Positions 36,867 through 48,214 of a stretch of 64,000 nt of DNA are shown here, in pieces; within the stretch, counting starts at the first letter, position 1; every line of letters starts with the position of its first letter. Both the position numbers and the translations under genes were made by a program. The DNA lies in assembly GCA_030390025.1 (NCBI GenBank), contig CM059425.1, positions 165,108,001 to 165,172,000 on the forward strand, read 5' to 3'. The notes below the pieces were generated by a model. That model made no database searches, was not told the origin of the DNA, and was given only the letters and a program-made list of their open reading frames with translations. This DNA is from Squalus acanthias (lineage: Eukaryota).

Positions 36867-37730
36867 TTCACAAATCCAGGAAGATACTGGAACAAGTGTA
36901 GGGACCACACTAGTGGTGGAAAGTCAACGTGTGTGTAAGTGAAGTCTAAAGGGATGGAGACAATTAAAGGGAAGTTTCACAATTGGAAGGGAGAAAGTTC
37001 TGAAAGCATTTAGAAAGGCTATAAAAGCCTATCAACAGATTACCAATATTTGTCAAGGCTGCTGGAGCAGTGGGCTAAGAAGTGGCAGACAAAAATGAAG
37101 GGAAAGAAAGCCCTAAGCGTAAGCATAAAGCTGCAGCTGACTGATTCTGTCACTTGCTATGCCAGCCTTATGGCACATGTTAGCAGGGGGTATCCTTATA
37201 GGAAATGGCAGAGCTCTGCATATGGCTTTGATGACCGAAAACCGGTAAAGACACTTCCCCATTGCCTTTGTCAGATTGGTGATGCAATGCCTGCAAACGT
37301 GGCCGATGTCATGTTGGTCGGTGTGGCGAGTAAGGCTTCACATGGGTTTGCTGCCAAAATTTAAGTTAAGAGTTGAAACCTTAATCATCTGCCTCTGTGT
37401 GTAGTTGCAGGTGTGCAGGTACCAGAGAGTGTGATTAGAGCACCTCTCATTCTGTCAAATGTGCCTGGTATGCCTTTGGTCATCCTTTCCTTTTTCCCCA
37501 ACACCTCAGATAGGGGTATTCTCATTGGAAAGCCTATTGAGGGCATTAATGGTGTTTGGGACAAAACAAATGTAAACAATTGGCACACAGGCTCAGGAGA
37601 ACTTAAATGCTAGGAGGAAATGGGAAAACAGGCCAGAAATAGTGTCAAAACCACAAAATAATATTAATTTGGCCCTTCAAATTCATTTATTTTTGCTACT
37701 CAGTGCCTATCAATGATGGACACCTATGGG

Positions 37731-38460
37731 CATAGAATAGAATCATAGAATGGTTACAGCACAGAAGGAGGCCATTCGGCCCGTCAAGCTCATGCCGGCT
37801 CTCTGCAAGAGCACTTCAGCTAGTCCCAATCCCTGCCCTTTCCTCGTAGCCCTGCAATTTTTTTTTCCTTCAGATACTTATCCAATACCCTTTTGAAAGG
37901 CATAATTGAGTCTGCCTCCACCACCATCTCAGGCAGTGCATTCCAGATCCTAACCACTCGCTGCGTAAAAAAGTTTATCCTCATGTCGCCTTTGGTTCTT
38001 TTGCCAGTCACCTTAAATCTGTGTCCTCAGGTTCTCGACCCTTCCGCCAATGGGAACAGTTTCTCGCTATCTATATCTGGAGATTACTACCTTTGAGGTC
38101 CTGCTTTTTTATCTCTTTCCTAGCTCCCTAAAATCTGCCTGCAGGACCTCATCCCTTTTTCTACATATGTCGTTGGTACCAATATGGACCACAACCTCTG
38201 GCTGTTCACCCTCCCCCCTCAGAATGTGCTGCAGCCACTCAGTGACATCCTTGACCCAGGCACCAGGGAGGCAACATACCATCCTGGAGTCACATCTGCA
38301 GCCACAGAAATAGTCTGTTCCCCATACTTTTGAATTCCCTACCACTATTGCTTTCCCAATCTTCCTCCTCCTCCTCCCCTGTACAGCTGAGCCACCCGTG
38401 GTGCCGTGGACTTGGCTCTGGCTGTACCCCCCGGAAGAACCATTGCCTTCACCAGTACCG
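37731..38460 (-). mobile_element. CR1 3' end (37731-38072) fused to a CR1 ORF1 esterase fragment (38076-38460)
   Basis: FFTQRVVRIWNALP with CATAGAAT tail; CCLPGAWVKDV...VVVHIGTNDI. Confidence 0.88.
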
Positions 38461-40059
38461 GCATCATTTACAATTGTGTAGAAACAGTGCTCAGAACTGG
38501 GAGGTGTAAGAACAGTGCTGTTGCATAATTTAAATATTCAACGGAAGTCCCATTTGCTTTAAGTGGGATCTTCCACCAACTGCCCACCAGCCCTCCAGAA
38601 ATGTGTATCAAAGCAGAAGGGGTGGAGAACCAGCTTTATAGATGTCTGCCCTTTTCCTTCACCCTAGCACCTGGAAAACTGGCATGGAGAATGGCCTCTG
38701 TGTTTCTTAGGCTTTTCTAAAAGTTTTCAGAATCCTTAGCAAGCGCTTAGCAAGCAGGCTTTCATTCCACCTCCCCCCCACCCCCGCCCCCCCTCGCCCA
38801 CCCCCACGATTATCCTGACTCACAATTGAGGCTGTGAACAAAACTGAAACTAGTAGTAATAATGGAAGAAAGGTTTGTTATTGTCTTTGTTCAGCAGTCT
38901 AACCATTTTGAATTTAATTTATGTTTTTGTTATTGTTACCACCCCAAAGCGAAATACACCCTTCCTGTCATCTGCCTTTTAAACTATATGGGTGATAACA
39001 TTTAAAAGAAGAAGACATAAAAACTATTGCTGGTGTTGTGTGAGTAAATGGAAACAAATTTTAAATAAGAACTCTGGAGTATGCTCTCTAGGAATGAACA
39101 GCCTTTCTACTGGATTTTAGTTCAACATATTGGTATTTTGACATGGTGCTTTGAGAAGGTTGAAGGATGAACATTCTTTTTCAAGGGGAAAAAAAAGTAG
39201 AAAAATCCCGTTTAAAAAGTAATTTCCTTTATTTCATCCCAAATATGTCATCTCAACCCCTGCCTCTGGCAAAATTCATCACGCTACTACAAGCACCATG
39301 AAAAATATTCTAATGAAAAAGTTAACCTTCATTTCCAAATTCAAATCTCAGCATACCACGTTAGTCACAGTCTGCATTAAGGGGAAAAAACATGATTAAT
39401 TGCATGGTTACTTTTAAGTGTATAACTGAGTGCATGTGTTAATTTTTTTTTTAAAGGCATTGATCATTCTTATTTTTGTCTTACGGTTTGAACAAGTGCT
39501 TTGAAAAATTGCTTCAAGAAAATCCTCCCCCCCCCACCCCCTAGCCAGAGTGCCAGGAGGGTTTGTCATTTTAATTGCTGATGCATAAAATAAGATGACT
39601 ATTGAAATGAATATTAGGTTTGTAAATTTTCACTGGAATATGGTAAACAGTTTCATTTGTATTCTTTCAGCATTGGATCTTTTAGGTCGTTTTAGTAACC
39701 AACCCCCTTAGGAAGTAGCGTGGAATCCCCAAGATGTCACCTCTTTTGTTATTTTTTTGCATTTTTATTCAAAACTCATGAAGTTCAAATTTGAGAAATT
39801 CCGTGCTCCTTGTAATCCCGGCTGCCTTCCCAGCATGCAGACAATACCAGAATCTCCTTTGCATTCTATAGGGAGAAGAGATACAGATTCAGCAGATTTT
39901 TGCATTTTATTCTGTGAATTTTTGATAGACAATATCTCAATGGGCTGATTTGGTTTAACTGTTGTTGTCATTCTGTCTATAAAAGCTCAAGTAACAAAAC
40001 CATTCATCAGTTTGATTTAAAATTATTTATCTGTAATTTCATTAAATGGCACAGTGAAT

Positions 40060-41110
40060 GGCACCTTCACCTCCAGTCCAGATCCAAGGTCGTCCCATCC
40101 TCTGTCGTCGAAATACAGTATGCAGACGACGCTTGCGTCTGCGCACACTCGGAGATCGAACTCCAAACCCTCGTCAACACCTTCACCAAAGCGTACGAGA
40201 GCATAGGCCTTACACTAAACATCCATAAGACAAAGGTCCTCTACCAACCTGCCCCCGCCACACAGTACTGCCCCCCGATTATCAAAATCCATGACAAAGC
40301 CTTGGACAACGTGGACTACTTTCCATACCTCGGGAGCCTACTGTCAACAAGGGCAGATGTCGATGACGAAGTTCAACACCGCCTTCAGTGTGCCAGTGCA
40401 GCCTTCGGTTGCCTGAGGAAGAGTGTGTTTGAAGACCAGGACCTCAAACCCGGCACCAAGCTCATGATCTACAAAGCAGTAGTGATACACGCCCTCCTGT
40501 ATGCCTCAGAGACATGGACCATGTACAGCAGGCACCTCAAAGCACTGGAGAGGTACCACTAATGCTGCCTCCGCAAGATCCTGCAAATCCATTGGCAGGA
40601 TAGGCGCACCAACGTCAGTGTTCTCGCTCAGGCCAACATCTCCAGCATCGAAGCTTTAACCACGCTCGATCAGCTCCGATGGACGGGTCACATTGTCCGC
40701 ATGCCCGATACGAGACTCCCAAAACAAGCGCTCTACTCGGAGCTCAGACACGGCAAGAGAGCCCCAGGTGGGCAGAGGAAACGCTTCAAGGACACCCTCA
40801 AAGCCTCTTTGAAAAAATGCAACATCCCCACTGACACCTGGGAATCCCTGGCCCAAGACCGCACAAAGTGGAGGAGAAGCATCCGGGAGGACGCCGAACA
40901 CCTCGAGTCTCTTGCCAGGAGCAAGCGGAAGCCAAGCGCAAGGAGCGCACGTCAACCCAAGCACCCCACCCACCCGCCTCTTCAACCACCGTCTGCCCCA
41001 CCTGTGACAGAGACTGTAGGTCCCGCATTGGACTCATCAGTCACCTGAGAACTCATTTTTAGTGTGGAAGCAAGTCTTCCTCGGTTCCAAGGGACTGCCT
41101 AAGAAGAAGA
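40060..41110 (+). mobile_element. 5'-truncated RTE-clade LINE
   Basis: QYADD, FPYLGS, LLYASETW, LRWTGHIVRMPDTRLPKQ, C-terminal CPTC..C.SRIGLISHLRTH zinc finger; (AAG)n tail; TSD ACAGTGAAT on both sides. Confidence 0.95.
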
Positions 41111-41380
41111 ACAGTGAATAAAATGTTGGATCGCCTCTGGAAAAAATACTTTGACTTTTATGAAAGACTGATTAGCAAAGGTTACTTCTTACTGATGGTA
41201 CATTTAAAATGAACTCTCACAGCCTTAGGTTGTCATATTTGGACAATTAAAGTCTATTTTATTATGCTATTTATTGAAAGTGCATAGCAATGCTTGCAAC
41301 TGTTGTGATTCATTCTATTTGGAAATAAAATCCAATCAAGTTAAATATTCACACAAATATTCTTTAAATTCTTATTATAG

Positions 41381-41503
41381 GCAGCAAATGTAGAGAACCT
41401 TTCCATGCTGTGGCTAATGTCAGGAAGGAATCTGACTAAACAACCTGTGACTCTCCTAGATCTTTGCTATGGCAGGATGGATAACCTGAACCTTCAGCAT
41501 ATG
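41381..41503 (+). CDS. Internal coding exon of unidentified host gene (AANVENLSMLWLMSGRNLTKQPVTLLDLCYGRMDNLNLQHM)
   Basis: TTCTTATTATAG acceptor and ATG|GTAAGT donor; 123 nt, only the phase-0 frame is open, compatible with exon 1297-1411. Confidence 0.7.
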
Positions 41504-41637
41504 GTAAGTATAAATGCAAATGTAAGAAGCATTAGCCTAGGCAATCAGTGTTGAGCTGGATAGTTTAATATTGAATGAATTAGTGAAATAAGACAACTAT
41601 TGAACTGGATGAGAATAAAAACTGGACTACAATTAAT

Positions 41638-42186
41638 ACTTATCTTTGTCATCTCCAGACTTGACTATTCCAATGCTCTCCTGGCTGGCCTACTATCCTC
41701 CACAGTTTGTAAATTCAGCTCATCCAAAATTCTGCTGCCCGTATCCTATCTCATACACCCATTCACCCATCACTCCTGTCCTTGCTGACCTATCTTGGCT
41801 CCCGGTCCCCTAACGCATTCAATTTAGAATTCTCATCCTCATGTTTAAATCCCTTCATGGCCTCACCCCTCCTAATTTCCATAACCTCCCCCAGCCCTAC
41901 AACTCCTCCGACTCTGACCTCTTGTGCATTCCTCCATCCCTTCGTCCCCACCAATGGCCTTCAGCCATCGAGACCCCTTGCTCTGGAATTTCCTCCCTAA
42001 ACCTCTCTGTCTCTACATCTTCCTATCCTCCTTTAAGACTCTCCTTAAAATCCATCTCTTTATCCAAGCTTTTGGTCACCCCTCCTAATATCTGCTTCTT
42101 TGGCTCAGCATCCATTTTTGCCTTTTTAAGCCTATTTGAAACACTTTCTGCGTTAAAGGTACTATATAAATGTAAGTTGTTTATGT
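41638..42186 (+). mobile_element. L2 3' fragment
   Basis: SRLDYSNALLAGL; L2 tail TATATAAATGTAAGTTGT. Confidence 0.85.
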
Positions 42187-42435
42187 TAATGGCTAGTTGG
42201 CATATTTAGTGTGATATGATGCTAAACTTAGTACTGTATTTAAATTATAGTGCCACACAAATATTTCTACACTGTACGAAATAGAATTGCATTTTTAGTT
42301 TATGCGTTGTAAGAGCCAACCAGTGGAAGCACTGCACAACTTTGCTCACTAATACAAACATTAAAATCATACAGGTCGTTCAGTTCTTCTTTGGAGTCTA
42401 TAATTTACATGCAGCTGTTTCAGTAAACTCCACAG

Positions 42436-42533
42436 AATACAAATAACTATGACAAGCTAAATTTTTTAAATTACCCTCATGAACACACCTGCATGAGAGT
42501 TTCACAGCACAAGAGTTTACTGGACCAATGTTG
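42436..42533 (+). CDS. Candidate coding exon (NTNNYDKLNFLNYPHEHTCMRVSQHKSLLDQC...)
   Basis: Strong TTG|GTAAGT donor; CTCCACAG acceptor with a weak pyrimidine tract; phase-0 frame open and compatible with the preceding exon. Confidence 0.5.
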
Positions 42534-44423
42534 GTAAGTGTAGAACTGAACTGATGACAATAATCACAATTGAATGCTGGCGGTGCAGCTCAAATTGGGC
42601 AGCTGTGTCTGTGACCTTTATGGCTGTCGATTTTTATAGAATGCAATTTTTTCAGCTCTGCTGTATTCACTAACTGCAGAGGCAGTGACTTTGAAGTGTC
42701 TGATGGAAAAAAATGCTGTATGTCATAGAAACTGGGGAAAGGGCACATTGCTTTTTTTTTCCTGTGTCAAGGAGCTGACCTGTCAGTTTCCAACTGGAAC
42801 AAATTTGCAGTGACAGTTTCCAGTTTTCATAGATTGCACTTTTGAGTACACTATTTCGACCTGTATCTTGACTATCTGGTTGTAAATTATTCGCATGCTA
42901 AATTATTCATGAAGTGCACTCCATCATGTCATACACCTGATTATTGACTAAATGTAACAGACTTCAAAGTTCAGCCCTGGATGCTTCCAACACTTCTGAT
43001 GATACCTGAAAAATAATGCATTGTGCTTTAAATATAAAAGTGTCGGCAATGTGTGGTACTTTATAATTGATTTGAGTCCTTACTTTATATCATTACCCAG
43101 GGAGCTAAGATTTGTTTTTTTGCCAATGATGCATATTTTCTTATTTTAGCAACTGTTGAAAGGTTCAGCTTTGGAGGGAGTGAAGCATTGTAAAAAGAGG
43201 GTAGAGCAGTGCTACTCACAATTGCATAATAGTTTTATAAGTTTGTGCCTGTTTTTAATACATTTGCCCAACAACAGCTGGAAGATCCCACCAAATTCTT
43301 TGTGTAAGGGAGGTTTTTTATTTATGTTCTTTTGCTGGAAAAGGACTCCTGCCCGTGATGTTATGAATCTCGGAATTCACCCTACCAGATTCCAACTAGT
43401 CTGCAGCTTAATAAAAAATAAAAAATACCTTGGGGAATGGTCATGGACTTAGTTCAGCTGTGGGCAGCTGTTCCTCCCTAGCACTACAGCATTAAATGGT
43501 GGTTTGAACACTTTAGTGGGTCAGAAGTCATATCATGCATTAATATTAGTTTATAAATGGCGCTGCTAATTGTTGTGGAACTAAAATATATAAAATAATA
43601 GCTTAGCCCTTGAATCCAAGCTAGTATCTGTAGAAAATGAAACCCTTGTGTTTCAGTGTGAAAAAACTAATATGTATTTCATAAGATTACAAAGGCAATA
43701 AAGTACAATCTATCGATGGTTACTAAGACATTTTAATTAATTGTGATTTAAGATTATGCAGATTTTGTATTATTTTGCAGTAAGTACAAACGTGATCACC
43801 ATAAAATTCTTTGTTGAAGGTTCCAGTAGTAAGTGTGTTTTAGTGAATAAATTAAAGAAGCAATACAAGAGCCGCCTTTGTACAGCCCATTGGTGTGTTA
43901 AAGTATCACATAATGAAGCAGTAGGATGTAAGTGGCTCTGGCCATTCTGTGGAGGTGCTTCTCCAAAGGACAGCAGGAAAGATTAGCTTTCACTACTCTC
44001 ATCCACCTTTTAGCGCCTGGTTCAAGAGCAGCCATTTGACAGAGGCCTGTGACAAGTTGTATGCCTAACTTCTCAGTTGAAAATGTCACAAGGATCCTAA
44101 AAGAGGGAGAAAATAAAATTACAAAATTGTGGAGGGAGCTGTGCAAAACTTTTATTCATAAAGGCTTTTTGTTAATTTAATTTTCCTTAGGTTTGAATAC
44201 ATTTATTACCCTTGCACTATTTATACTCATATATTTTGTTTTAAATGTGCAAATTATTAGTAGGTGGAAAGAGTGTAAACTTTTACACAAGGTTCTGTTG
44301 TTCATAATTTAGTGCAAAAATGGCTTTGAGAGATTTTTTTAATTTTGTGAAATCTTATATTAAATCCTCAAGAGTTTAAATTTATATTTATTTTTGAAGT
44401 CAGTTGTATATTTTGATTATATA

Positions 44424-45250
44424 GGCTGCGATTTTGCGTTCGGTGTTGGGATGGGTGCGGGTCACCTGATTTCCGGGTTCTGGTCCCGCCCCCAGCTACC
44501 TCCGCTCCAGACATGATTTTCCATTGATTGACCTTGTTAAGCCCGCCCTGCAGGCTTAACGGCCAATTAACAGGAAGCAGGTCTGATGATGTCATTTGAT
44601 GACGTGTCATCTGCCGGTTTCCTTAAAGGGATCATGCACAATTTTATTTTGACAGTTGATTTCTCAGTGTTTGACAGCCTTAAGGTGCTGAAAACACTGA
44701 CAATCACTGCACAAAGGTGAACTCTTGCGCACAGGCTCTCCAATGACTCCCTCCATATGCTGGAATAGATGGCAGCTGCAGGTGAGATGACAGAAGCGAT
44801 CTGTCACTGGTGAGAGAGGTTCTCCCAATGAGGTGGCACTAGACATATAGTTGGATTTTAAAACTTGTAAGCTAAAGAAATCTGTATATGTTTTAAAAAT
44901 GCAGTAACCAACATTTTCTTTCTCTGAAACTCACCATGTGCAACATTGCATCCTTGACACTACTTCTGCAGCTGTCATCATTCCACAAACATTACACCAG
45001 ACTCACAACACAACACAATTAGTGGGAAAATCGAAAACAGGCTGAACACTACTGAGAAGTACCTGTTAATAAGCAGGAATTGCCTTTAATCCGTTTCCCA
45101 CCGATAGATGTCGGGTCCATTCGCAAATTGGTGACCCAACACTTGGGAAGGCTGTTTGGAGGCAGGTTGATGGCGGGTTCGGGACCCAACGTCAATCAAT
45201 AGGACTTTAACCTCAGACCCACCTCTCTGAGCGCCGGCAAAATTGCGGCC
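44424..45250. mobile_element. Harbinger deletion derivative, TSD ATA
   Basis: TIRs GGCTGCGATTTTG / CAAAATTGCGGCC. Left arm shares GATTGACCTTGTTAAGCCCGCCC...GGCCAATTA with the 23262 element. Remnant AHRLSNDSLHMLE (Myb start) at ~44728. Confidence 0.8.
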
Positions 45251-45284
45251 ATAATGCTTGTTGCTTGTTGTGTCTGGAACTGAA

Positions 45285-46002
45285 ATACCAGAGGGACCTT
45301 GGAGTGCATGTTCACAGATCCCTCGAGGTAGCAGGACAGGTAGATAAGGTGGTTAAGAAGGCATATGGGATACTTTCCTTTATTAGCCGAGGCATAGAAT
45401 ATAAAAGTAGGGAGGTTATGCTTGAACTGTATAAAACACTAGTTAGGCCACAGCTAGAGCACTGTGTACAGTTCTGGTCACCACATTGCAGGAAAGATGT
45501 GATTGCACTAGAGAGGGTACAGAGGAGATATACGAGGATGTTGCCAGGACTGGAGAATTTTAGCTATGAGGAAAGATTGGATAGGCTGGAGTTGTTTTCT
45601 TTGGAACAGAGGAGGTTGAGGGGAGACTTAATTGAGGTGTATAAAATTATGTGGGGCCTAGATAGAGTGGATAGGAAGCACCTATTTCCCTTATCAGTGA
45701 GGTCAACAACCAGAGGACATAGATTTAAAGTAATTGATAGAAGGATTAGAGGGGAGTTGAGGAGAACATTTTACACCCAGAGGGTGGTGGGGGTCTGGAA
45801 CTCACTGACTGACAGGGCGGTAGAGACAGAAACCCTCATCACATTTAAAAAGTACTTGGATATGCACTTGAAGTGCAGTAACCTACAAGGCTACGGACCA
45901 AGAGCTGGAAAGTGGGATTAGGGTCGATAGCTCTTTTGCGGCCGGCACAGACACCATGGGCTGAATGGCCTCCTGTGCCGTAAATATCTATGATTCTATG
46001 AT
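45285..46002 (+). mobile_element. CR1 3' fragment
   Basis: QRDLGVHVH...VRPQLEHCVQFWSP...WNSL; ATGATTCTATGAT tail. Confidence 0.95.
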
Positions 46003-46384
46003 AGTGTCGGGCTCAGTCACGGAGTCTCACTCAGCACAGCCCCCTCACTGCCCCCAAGTACAGCAACTCACCCATAAACAGGGAAAAAGAAGTACCCCAA
46101 CCAACATGACTGACTAGGCAGCACCTCTGCTAGTTCCCTGGCCAAGCTGAGCACTAGAGATAAGAAAAAATAGAGTTTTTCCAAATACTTGTGTTTTATT
46201 TAATGTTTGCAAAATTCAAGATACAATGTAAAAATAAATGTGAACTTTTGCTATGTTGAGAGAGAGAAACAGCAAGAGAAGGTAAGAGAATGACCATACT
46301 CTGTGGCTTAACGTATGCTAGATGTGGAAGAATGACTAGTAATACATTAAAATTCTTATGTCTGTGCACTTCCTGTCAATTCTT

Positions 46385-46735
46385 TCCATCATAAATTCCT
46401 ATATCCACATTTATAATGGAAACTGCCTATGTAAACTTGCCACTCTATAATTACACCCTCCCACCGTGCAGGAGCTGAAACAGCACCACTGGCAGAAGCG
46501 TGTAATTACAGCTTGGCAAGTTACTTGGGCAACTTTCATTATAAATGTGGGCATAGGAATTTATAATGGAGGTATAAACTAAGGATAGAATGCATGCCTT
46601 TAAAATTGGGACAGAATTATGTCTGTATTATATATATGTTTGTGCGCATTTCCTCACAAATTCCTGTGCCCATATTTATCATGAAACCTGCTGCTGTAAA
46701 CTTGCTACAATGTATTTACACCCTCCCACCAGCGG
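46385..46735. repeat. Old ~185-bp imperfect palindrome (46385-46570) plus a partial second copy (46657-46735)
   Basis: TCCATCATAAATTCCTATATCCACATTTATAATG...TAATTACAC versus GTGTAATTA...CATTATAAATGTGGGCATAGGAATTTATAATGGA. Confidence 0.75.
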
Positions 46736-48214
46736 TGATGCTGCAGTATATCAATTTTGCAGAGAAACCCTGATGCTCCAACCAAATCTACTTCTTTGCT
46801 TTCCAAATTGCACTAAGCTTTGCTATTTAACTATAATTAATAATATCAAAGTATTATATAAAAATAAGGACAGAATGTTTGACTTTAAAATGGGAATATT
46901 ATCTGCGTTACATCTGCACGCCCTGGTCCAATTATCCTCCGCCTTCTAACCCCACTTCACCTGAAGGTTACACTTGATCTGTCTCACTGTGTGCAACGTC
47001 ATGGGAAAATCATGGTTATTGTGTACAAACGCCACAATGAAACATATGTTGCTGTACAGCAGCATACTTCAGTGATGTGTTTGACTGGGACTGATGCCCA
47101 TTTTATAACCTAAAACATTCTACAACCAGCAAGAACAGATGTTGAGTTCATTAAATTCCTGCATCCCTGTTTGACACATTCAACAAATGACAGGAGTTAG
47201 TTTCCTCCAAAGGGAAGGAGAAAGGGAACAGAGCCAACAGTGATTGATGCAAAGTCATAGCCCTCTTGAAAACTCTCTCCTTTATCATTAGTCAAAGTAG
47301 AGTTAACTGACCTCTCCTGGTTTTAAAATTTCAAATGAACTAGGCATTTTTTGTATTAATGCAAAAGAAATGTATTAAAGCATTGTACATAATGTATTTT
47401 ATATTTGAACAGTATTTTTAAAGATGCAGCTTATAGTTCTGTTGCCATTTCCTACTCTCTGTGGTCTCATTGTGGATTATGTGCTAATAGTGGTACATCA
47501 TCAGTGACCAGTAAACAATAACATTGTGGTATAGATAGCAGCATAATTACATGAACCTTCACAGTAAATGAAGAGATTATAGGTTTTTTTATCTAGCAGG
47601 CATAATTACAGATTAAGAAAGATATACTTAAATTTTTTGAAATGTTTGCATTTTCACCTAACCCTCAAATATCTCTTTTATCTCTACTAACAATAACTTT
47701 TGGAATTTGTACTGTAAAGCGATATTTAAGGAATTCTATAGAATAAGCCCCAACTGGCTTCATCATTGAGTATTCATCTGACAAATAAACCCGCATGATT
47801 AATCGTTAAAACAAAATAGTTATTTACAAGTATGTATATTTATTTAAAAAAAGTAAATTGACTGCAAGGAGGCTGGCTACCTGATTGAGGCTGCAGTTCT
47901 CTCTGCACTTCCAAAGCTCTAGCACCATAGAAACATGCCAGCGACGATTTTCTGAGTTTGTGCTGGCTGCCACCGAGGCGTCTCGCTTGCCAGCTGCTCA
48001 TATTGGGGAATCGGGCAGCATGCCTGTGATTTCCAAAATGCATGGCTGGCAGGTGAGGTTTGTTGCTGGCAGTGCCAACTAGGAAAATTACTGGCTGTCC
48101 CACTGCCCATTGAAAGCATTAAACCATACTGGGAGTTTAGAGGCAGAACACCATCTTTCTGCACAAAGTTTTGGAAGATCATGGTAATGATATAACCGCA
48201 TTTAAAATAAAAAG

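Noticed and set aside
42375..42533. Longer version of the exon using the ATACAG acceptor
   Set aside because: The phase-0 frame reaches stop codons before the donor.
43150..43200. Possible exon after TTATTTTAG (QLLKGSALEGVKHCKKR)
   Set aside because: Poor donor, and the frame required by the preceding exon has an immediate stop.
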